This document shows, piece after piece, positions 1-5,807 of a DNA stretch of 15,473 nucleotides. The DNA is taken from NCBI GenBank assembly GCA_044342325.1, contig JBIIPZ010000055.1, positions 1 through 15,473 of the forward strand, in the 5' to 3' direction. The notes beneath the pieces are model-generated. The model ran no database searches. It saw nothing but the letters and a program-made list of their open reading frames with translations, and had not been told where the DNA came from. Source of the DNA: Terrimicrobiaceae bacterium (GTDB lineage Bacteria; Verrucomicrobiota; Verrucomicrobiia; Chthoniobacterales; Terrimicrobiaceae). Numbering within the stretch: position 1 is the first letter of the stretch; each line of letters begins with the position of its first letter. The translations under genes and the position numbers were made by a program.

Positions 1-148
1 GTTTTACCCTGCCCCATTCGCGTAGCGAATGCACCCGTGCCCGTTTCTTCGTATCCGTGTTCATCCGGGTAATCAGTGGTTTTATATTATTCTTTCCTGT
101 AATATGATGTGACTTGTTAGTTAGGAGATCGAAGTGAACAACCGTTTA

Positions 149-604
149 TCAGAGCAACCGGGGATCGAAAGAGAATGCCACTGGCTTGCGGTTAATGATT
201 TTTTGAAAATCCGGGTGTGCCGGGTTGAGGAGATAGTTTGATTCACTGGGAATGATGGCGCTGGGAAGTTTCAGCACTGCGGAGCGTCCGTCTCTGACCC
301 AACGATCGCCTAATCGCATAGTCGAGCCAGCAGGTGGTTCCTCTGTCCAATCCGGAGGCAAACTTTTCACACCAATCGTTTCGATAAGCCTGTCGTCGAA
401 CTCCAATCCAATCGCCACCGACTTGAACGGCACAGGAGGATTGAGATGAACAAGGTTCTCCAGAGCCGCTAGGGATAGATTGGCACTGCAATAAACGACA
501 CGCGTTCCTGGAGAATTCCATCTTCCCCCAAAGCGCCACGCGCCCTCTCCATCAAAGGCGCTGGAGGCATGGATTTTTTTAACAATGCGCCAAGCCCTCG
601 CCAT
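149..604 (-). CDS. RES-domain toxin (NAD+ phosphorylase/ART-like; RES-Xre, MbcT/ParT-type type II TA toxin), 151 aa
   Basis: Motifs WRIV, GGRWNSPG, VYCS..LSLAALE, LKLPSAII and NYLLNPAHPDF, which include the conserved R-E-S residues. The true start is likely the ATG at 604 (MARAWRIV), overlapping the antitoxin stop as TGATG, rather than the 727 start in the ORF track. Confidence 0.93.
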   Translation of the reverse strand: MARAWRIVKKIHASSAFDGEGAWRFGGRWNSPGTRVVYCSANLSLAALENLVHLNPPVPFKSVAIGLEFDDRLIETIGVKSLPPDWTEEPPAGSTMRLGDRWVRDGRSAVLKLPSAIIPSESNYLLNPAHPDFQKIINRKPVAFSFDPRLL

Positions 605-1134
605 CACGAGTAAACCCCGTATTCGATTCGGCCGAGAAGGTTCTCTACCTCCCGTGCTCCAATTTCCGTTTTCGCATAGTCTAATGGCACCGATCCACCG
701 AGACCGACCTGTGGAGCGTTCAGCCAAAGCTTGGCAGCATCAGGTCCGTTGAAAACTTTCAAAGCCTGTCCGAGCAGGCGGGCATATCTTAGCACCCGGT
801 CCGAAACTGAAGGTGACAGTTTCCCAGCACTCCCCTTACGGCGATGGAGTGTGGCTTTGGAAATGCCGAGCATCGGAGCCAACCTTTCGGAGGGAATGGC
901 AAGGCTGGTTTGCAGATCTTCGAGTTCACCGAATGGCAGTCCTGCCTGAAGCATCTGAACGAGCTTTGAAGGCGCGTAGATTTTCGACTCAGTGGATCCA
1001 TTCGAACCTTGAATGCAAAACATGACCACTCCCCCGCAAGTTCGACCAGCTTTGGCAGCGCTCCGTTTTTTGCCGGACGAAACAGCCCGCGTAGCTGGGC
1101 GTTTTGGTTTTTGGGCGGAAGATGAAAGTCTCAT
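604..1134 (-). CDS. Xre/MbcA/ParS-type antitoxin (HTH plus C-terminal toxin-binding domain)
   Basis: HTH LAPMLGISKATLHRRK, LSPSVSDRVLRYARL, and C-terminal WLNAPQVGLGGSVPLDYAKTEIGAREVENLLGRIEYGVYS typical of Xre antitoxins. Translationally coupled to the RES gene. Start is uncertain (ATG 1134, TTG 1140 or ATG 1023). Confidence 0.92.
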   Translation of the reverse strand: MRLSSSAQKPKRPATRAVSSGKKRSAAKAGRTCGGVVMFCIQGSNGSTESKIYAPSKLVQMLQAGLPFGELEDLQTSLAIPSERLAPMLGISKATLHRRKGSAGKLSPSVSDRVLRYARLLGQALKVFNGPDAAKLWLNAPQVGLGGSVPLDYAKTEIGAREVENLLGRIEYGVYS

Positions 1135-1143
1135 ATGCAAAGA

Positions 1144-1172
1144 TTAATAATATCACATGCAACGAATGTCAA
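1144..1172 (-). promoter_or_regulatory. Putative sigma70 promoter of the Xre-RES operon
   Basis: Minus strand reads TTGACA (1172-1167), 17 nt, then TATTAA (1149-1144) in an AT-rich tract about 10 nt upstream of ATG 1134. Confidence 0.55.
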
Positions 1173-1208
1173 AGAAGGATTCGGGATTGCCTAAAAGGCC
1201 TGATAGCT

Positions 1209-1244
1209 AAAAAAAACCGCTATTGAGGGCATGACGGTTTTTTT
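1209..1244. terminator. Bidirectional terminator-like inverted repeat
   Basis: AAAAAAAACCG (1209-1219) ... CGGTTTTTTT (1235-1244), with A and T tracts on both flanks. The GC stem is short. Confidence 0.35.
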
Positions 1245-1331
1245 CTTCAGCACCTTGGCGGTCGGTGCTGGTATCCACACATCAGGAGGCAAGAATCAGG
1301 CCTAGTAGTTGCATCGAACAAGCCATGCAAC

Positions 1332-1466
1332 CTCAACCAGATCGAGTTCCGCGAGGTGGCGAAGTTCAAGATCACCTTCTTCTTCGTCCGTAACCCAGAC
1401 CTGATGGGGAATGGTCGTCTGCCGCTCGTGGTTCAGGATTTCAAATACGAGGAGAAGCCGCTGTAG
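1332..1466 (+). pseudogene. C-terminal gene remnant, likely a VirB8/TraE-like conjugation protein
   Basis: Frame reads LNQIEFREVAKFKITFFFVRNPDLMGNGRLPLVVQDFKYEEKPL* with strongly gene-like codon usage (ttc/atc/gag/aag). There is no in-frame start upstream of this stretch before the stop at 1224. It resembles the VirB8-type C-terminal strand-NP-strand ending. Not in the ORF track. Confidence 0.5.
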
Positions 1467-1508
1467 GGGTAGAGAAGGGATTTGCAAAATGCTTTCAAAA
1501 AGGATGAA

Positions 1509-1573
1509 ATGCGCAATCAATAAGAATATCTTTGCGGATTCAATAAAAAGATACATTGTGCATTCAATAAAAA
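1509..1573 (+). repeat. Three ~20-bp direct repeats (core TCAATAA(A/G)AA) directly upstream of the Fic gene
   Basis: tgcgcaaTCAATAAgaa, tgcggatTCAATAAaaa and tgtgcatTCAATAAaaa. Cores start at 1517, 1540 and 1564 (period 23-24 nt). Confidence 0.7.
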
Positions 1574-3124
1574 ATGAAGACCCACGCCAAATTGGCCAAA
1601 GCTTTCGAAACGGCTCTCAAGGTTGCGAGAGAGCAGGTCGTGCGTGGCCGGGATTTGCCTGCTGGGGTTAGGACGTTTCTGATCCAACAGGGGTGTTTGT
1701 TGGAGATCATGAAGGGATGGTATTTTCTGATTCCTCCCCATGCACCCCGTGGTGAGACGGCACTATGGCATGGAAACTTTTGGGCTTTCCTGAGTCTCTA
1801 TCTCGAGGACCGGGCGGGGAATGATTATTGCCTCAGCCCGGAAATCTCCCTGGATCTCCAGAGCGGTGAGACGGCAACGCCGGTTCAGGCAACGGCACTT
1901 CTGGCGCGTGGGGGGAATAATACCGTCACGCTGCAATTTGCGGAAACCAACATTTCCTGCTCCTTGCTGACCTACACCGGGAAGCTTCCTGCACAGCGCT
2001 CCACCTACCGGGGACTGAATCTGATTCCTGTCGGCTATGCCTTGGCAAGGGTCTCTCCGACCTATTTCCGCACAAACCGGCCGCAGGCCGAGGTTCTGCT
2101 CCGCACCACTCCGGCAGCAGAGCTCGCCTCCGGAATCATCGAGACGGATAACGAGGCGGGATCCATGAGAATCCTTGGCGGATTGGAGACGCTGGGTTTC
2201 AGGGAAAAGGCGGACCAAGTCAGGGGTCTCATTGCTCTTACGGGTTGGAAGAAGGCGACCAATCCGTTCCCTGATGCCGAGCCGCTCCTCTCAAGCCGCC
2301 TCATTCCCAAGAGCCCTTATGCAGATCGGATCCGGCTTCTTTGGGAGCAAATGCGTCCCATGGTTCTGAAACACTTTCCTGCATCCGCTGGAAAAGCTGA
2401 TCCGAAGAGCTATCTGGACAAGGCTCATCATCTCTACCAATACGACGCCTATCACTCGCTCTCCATCGAGGGGTTTCAGGTCACTCCGGAGTTGGTGGCT
2501 CGTATTGCGGCCGGTAACGATCCCGATAATCCGTCGATCCGGGAGGAAAACAACCGGCTCGCTGCCAAAGGATACAGCATGGCCCATGAGGCCGTGCTTC
2601 AAAGCATCGGCAAAATCTTCAACGGGTGGCTCCCTGGAAAGACAGTCGAATCAAATCTCCCCTACTGGTATTCGGAACTCCATAAGCCCTTCGTCCAAGT
2701 GGGACGAGTCTCTATGGGAGATGTGGCGGGGTATCGCGAGAAGCCTGTCTATATCAGGGGATCCAGCCATGTGCCGCCTGCGCCGGGGCTTGGTGTGATT
2801 GATGGCATGGAGGCTTTGCATGCGGCACTCGCCTCGGAGCCGGAAGCCTCCGTGCGGGCGATCCTCGGACATTTCCTTTTTGTCTACATCCATCCTTTTT
2901 CCGATGGGAATGGACGCATCGGAAGATTCCTCATGAATGCCATGCTGGCATCCGGTGGATATCCATGGACGATTCTGCGGGTCACACGGAGGCAAGCCTA
3001 CATGGATGCCCTCGAAGAAGCTTCGGTCGCACGCAACATCATTCCCTTCACGAAATTCGTAGGCGCGGAAATGGCGGTCGATTGGTCCTTTGAGTTGGCT
3101 GAAGCCGAGCGGTTACAACGATAA
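1574..3124 (+). CDS. Fic-family protein (putative adenylyltransferase) with long N-terminal extension, 516 aa
   Basis: Canonical Fic motif HPFSDGNGRIGRFLMN (HPFxxGNGRxxR), plus YHSLSIEG and the YR...VYIRGSSHVPP flap region. Confidence 0.92.
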   Translation: MKTHAKLAKAFETALKVAREQVVRGRDLPAGVRTFLIQQGCLLEIMKGWYFLIPPHAPRGETALWHGNFWAFLSLYLEDRAGNDYCLSPEISLDLQSGETATPVQATALLARGGNNTVTLQFAETNISCSLLTYTGKLPAQRSTYRGLNLIPVGYALARVSPTYFRTNRPQAEVLLRTTPAAELASGIIETDNEAGSMRILGGLETLGFREKADQVRGLIALTGWKKATNPFPDAEPLLSSRLIPKSPYADRIRLLWEQMRPMVLKHFPASAGKADPKSYLDKAHHLYQYDAYHSLSIEGFQVTPELVARIAAGNDPDNPSIREENNRLAAKGYSMAHEAVLQSIGKIFNGWLPGKTVESNLPYWYSELHKPFVQVGRVSMGDVAGYREKPVYIRGSSHVPPAPGLGVIDGMEALHAALASEPEASVRAILGHFLFVYIHPFSDGNGRIGRFLMNAMLASGGYPWTILRVTRRQAYMDALEEASVARNIIPFTKFVGAEMAVDWSFELAEAERLQR

Positions 3125-3140
3125 GCCGTCTGGAAAAGTC

Positions 3141-3173
3141 GCTCCCGATCGGGAGCACCAGGGTTCTTTTTTT
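3141..3173 (+). terminator. Palindrome/terminator downstream of the Fic gene
   Basis: Perfect 16-bp palindrome GCTCCCGATCGGGAGC (3141-3156), flanked by ctgg...ccag and followed by a T7 run. Confidence 0.55.
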
Positions 3174-3187
3174 CTGAAATTCTCCAA

Positions 3188-3511
3188 ATGAAGCTCCCAA
3201 TCCTTGCCGCTATCATCCTCGCAGGCTCTCTTGCACACGCCGGATCCATTGTCCAGAAGCGGCTCGATGCGTTCATCATCTACGACATCCCGGTGGCTTC
3301 GAAGACGGGAACCACGACGGTCATGTTCCCCTCGGAGATCTCGGGTCTCTTTGCCAAGTCGGTCGCGGTGCAGGATCAGGAAAATGCAGGGTTTCTGATC
3401 TCATTCACGCCGGGAAACTTCTACTTCACGATCCGAGCGCTCAAGAAGGATGCCGAGGATCACCTGACTGTGATCTTCAATCGGAAGGCCTATGTGCTGC
3501 GCATGACCTGA
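3188..3511 (+). pseudogene. Secreted protein N-terminal fragment, probably a truncated VirB9/TrbG/TraK-like conjugation channel protein
   Basis: Signal peptide MKLPILAAIILAGSLAHAG, then IYDIPVA..GTTTVMFPSEI... and a beta-rich FYFTIRAL...HLTVIFNRKAYVLRM segment, the pattern of a VirB9-type N-terminal domain. It ends abruptly 28 nt from the nuoF stop. Confidence 0.5.
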
Positions 3512-3539
3512 TTTTGGAAGCGCGGTGTTTAGCTTTTGG

Positions 3540-4880
3540 TCACACCACGCGTTTCTCGAACTCGTCTGGGAATTTGGCGAGGAAGCTTTGGGTCGGCCAG
3601 GAACAGGCTTCACCGAAGGCGCAGATGGTGCGTCCGGCGATGTTGTCGGCGATGTTTTTGAGGTTCTTCGCATCGTCGGGGCGTGCGCCTTCGTCGATGA
3701 TGCGGGTGGTGACCTTGGACATCCAGAGACTGCCTTCGCGGCAGGGTGTGCACTGGCCGCAGCTTTCGTGGGCGTAGAATTGATTCAGGTTGTTCAGGGC
3801 CCAGACCATGTCGCGTGTGTCGTCCATGATCATCACGCCGCCGCTGCCGACCATGGTGCCAGCGGCTTGGAGCGTGGAGGCATCCATCGTCAAGTCGAGG
3901 AGCGGGGTTTCTTTGTCGATCATCTGTCCATCGGGACCTTTGACCTTGAGTTTGAAAACCTCGCCGGCGCGGAGAACTTTCGCGGAGCTGCCGCCGGGGA
4001 TGACGGCCTTGAGGGTGCGTCCGGGTTTGAGTCCACCGCAGATGTCATTGATCAGCTCGCCGAGAGTCACGGCGCCGCAGGGGAGTTCGTAGAAGCCGGG
4101 ACGCACGACATCGCCGCTCACGCACATGGTGCGCGTGCCGCCGTCGCCGGGGGTGCCCATTTTTGCATATTCCTCGGGGCCCATGGCGATGATGTGCTTC
4201 ACATGGCAGATTGTTTCAACATTGTTCACGATGGTCGGCTTCATGTAGAGGCCGAGCACGGCTGGGAAATAAGGTGGCTTGATGCGGGGGTAGGGGCGTT
4301 TGCCTTCGAGGGATTCGAGCAGGCTGGTTTCCTCGCCGCAAATGTAGGCGCCAGCGCCTTGGTGGACATAGATGTCGAGGTCGAAGCCGGAGCCGAGGAT
4401 ATTTTTTCCGAGAAAACCTTTGGCGCGGGCTTCCTTGATGGCGTTCCAAACGATCTTGGCCGCTTTGGGGAATTCGCAGCGGATGTAGATATAGGAGAGG
4501 TGGACATTCGTGGCGAAGGCGGCGATGGCGAGGCCTTCGATGAGTTGATGCGGGTCCTCGTGGAGGATGTAGCGGTCCTTGAATGTGCCAGGCTCGGATT
4601 CGTCGCCGTTGACTACGATGTAGTGGTCTTTGCCATCGTCGTATTTGATGAAGCTCCACTTGGCGCCGGCGGGGAAGCCTGCTCCGCCACGACCGCGCAG
4701 GTTGGCGGCTTTCACCATATCGATGATCTCGCCGGGCTTCATGGTGATGGCTTTTTTTAGGGACTCGTAGCCGCCGTGTGCGAGGTAGGTCTCGATATCG
4801 GGTGCGTAGCCGGGTTTGCTGATGTTTCCGAAAATGATGCGGCGCTCTTTCGGGTGCGGAGGTTGGAGAAGTGATGCCAT
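3540..4880 (-). CDS. nuoF: NADH-quinone oxidoreductase subunit F (FMN/NADH-binding, 4Fe-4S N3)
   Basis: Motifs LRGRGGAGFPAGAKW, NGDESEPGTFKDR, GAGAYICGEETSLLESLEG, ESCGQCTPCREG and TICAFG. Confidence 0.96.
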   Translation of the reverse strand: MASLLQPPHPKERRIIFGNISKPGYAPDIETYLAHGGYESLKKAITMKPGEIIDMVKAANLRGRGGAGFPAGAKWSFIKYDDGKDHYIVVNGDESEPGTFKDRYILHEDPHQLIEGLAIAAFATNVHLSYIYIRCEFPKAAKIVWNAIKEARAKGFLGKNILGSGFDLDIYVHQGAGAYICGEETSLLESLEGKRPYPRIKPPYFPAVLGLYMKPTIVNNVETICHVKHIIAMGPEEYAKMGTPGDGGTRTMCVSGDVVRPGFYELPCGAVTLGELINDICGGLKPGRTLKAVIPGGSSAKVLRAGEVFKLKVKGPDGQMIDKETPLLDLTMDASTLQAAGTMVGSGGVMIMDDTRDMVWALNNLNQFYAHESCGQCTPCREGSLWMSKVTTRIIDEGARPDDAKNLKNIADNIAGRTICAFGEACSWPTQSFLAKFPDEFEKRVV

Positions 4881-4881
4881 A

Positions 4882-5409
4882 TTATTTGTATTTCTCTACG
4901 ATTGCCGACACTCCGGAGGGCGAAATCTTTTCGACAAGGTCGTCATTGATGAGCGCCACGGGGGCGCTTCCACAGCTGGCGAGGCACTCGACAAACTCAA
5001 CGCTGAATTTGCCGTCGGCCGTTGTTGGCGGTGCGCAGCCGAAACCATGGTGCTCTTCGTGGGGATCGAGCCCCACAGCTTGGCAGAATTTTTCCTTCAC
5101 CTCGTAGCTTCCTGCGAGGGCGCAGGCGAGTGTGCGGCAGACGCGGATAACCGTCTTGCCTGCCTGCTCGCGGCGGAACCAGGGATAAAAAGTGACCAGT
5201 TCGAGAATGTTCACCGGCGTGAGGTCGAGCTGCGCTGCGATCCATTCGATGCCGGTGTCGTCGACGAATCCAAAGTGATTTTGCCACAGGTGCAGCAACG
5301 GCAGGGAAGCGCTGCGCTTGGAGACAGGATAGTGGGAAATGAGTTCCTGCGCCTCGGCGGCGAACTCTGGCGTGATGGCATCCGCCTGACGCGTGGTGGT
5401 GTCTATCAT
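4882..5409 (-). CDS. nuoE: NADH-quinone oxidoreductase subunit E (2Fe-2S N1a)
   Basis: YPVSKRSASLPLLHLWQ, VTFYPWF, CRTLAC and ECLASCGSAP. Lies 1 nt upstream of nuoF. Start taken as ATG 5409 because the longer ORF-track extension runs into the repeat. Confidence 0.93.
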   Translation of the reverse strand: MIDTTTRQADAITPEFAAEAQELISHYPVSKRSASLPLLHLWQNHFGFVDDTGIEWIAAQLDLTPVNILELVTFYPWFRREQAGKTVIRVCRTLACALAGSYEVKEKFCQAVGLDPHEEHHGFGCAPPTTADGKFSVEFVECLASCGSAPVALINDDLVEKISPSGVSAIVEKYK

Positions 5410-5482
5410 GGCGGCATTTATCGGAGGTTGGGGCCTCCGCTTCAAGCAAAAGCATTTCGGCTGCGCAGATGTTCCATTTTGT

Positions 5483-5803
5483 GAGGGGCAGCCTCCGACC
5501 TGACCCAAGACTGAAGTGCTTTGTTAGCGCTCCGCCGCTTTCCCGTCACGCCGTTGTTGGACGCCGCACTGCGGCTGAAAAATGGGCCATGCGGGACGAT
5601 GCCCCTCCCAGAGTCACGAGGGGCGCTGCCGCGCCGATTGCGCTTTTGGAGGGTCAGCCTCCGGCCTGACCCAAGACTGAAGTGCTTTGTTAGCGCGCCG
5701 CCGCTTTCCCGTCACGCCGTTGTTGGACGCCGCATTGCGGCTGAAAAATGTGCCATGCGGGACGATGCCCCTCCCAGAGTCACGAAGGGCGCTGCCGCGC
5801 CGA
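5483..5803. repeat. Tandem doublet of a 155-bp REP/REPIN-like palindromic element
   Basis: Copies at 5483-5637 and 5649-5803 (period 166) with 6 substitutions by manual comparison. Each copy holds inverted GGAG-headed hairpin units. Confidence 0.9.
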
Positions 5804-5807
5804 GTTT

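Noticed and set aside
605..727. N-terminal extension of the RES ORF in the track (start 727)
   Set aside because: It overlaps the antitoxin C-terminus by 124 nt. The coupled TGATG start at 604 gives a typical RES protein length.
1248..1286. oriT nic site after the CAGCACC hairpin (GTATCCAC)
   Set aside because: Only partial resemblance to the IncP-type YATCCTG nic motif and no relaxase in the window, so it cannot be supported as a feature.
1509..1573. Possible mini-CRISPR or plasmid iterons
   Set aside because: The period of 23-24 nt leaves no spacers and no Rep gene is adjacent; an operator array is more plausible.
1302..1741. Track ORFs 1302-1556(-), 1411-1671(+) and 1517-1741(-)
   Set aside because: They cross the AT-rich repeat region and lack motifs. 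The gene-like signal here is in a different + frame ending at 1466.
3525..4760. 411-aa + strand ORF
   Set aside because: Antisense shadow of nuoF caused by GC-biased codon usage; no recognisable motifs.
5563..5575. Shared GCCGCACTG 9-mer between the REP-like repeat and the IS256 leader hairpin (14483)
   Set aside because: Too short in GC-rich DNA and the flanks are unrelated; likely chance.
5483..5803. Possible CRISPR array
   Set aside because: Only two long near-identical units with no unique spacers and no cas genes; fits a REP-like doublet better.
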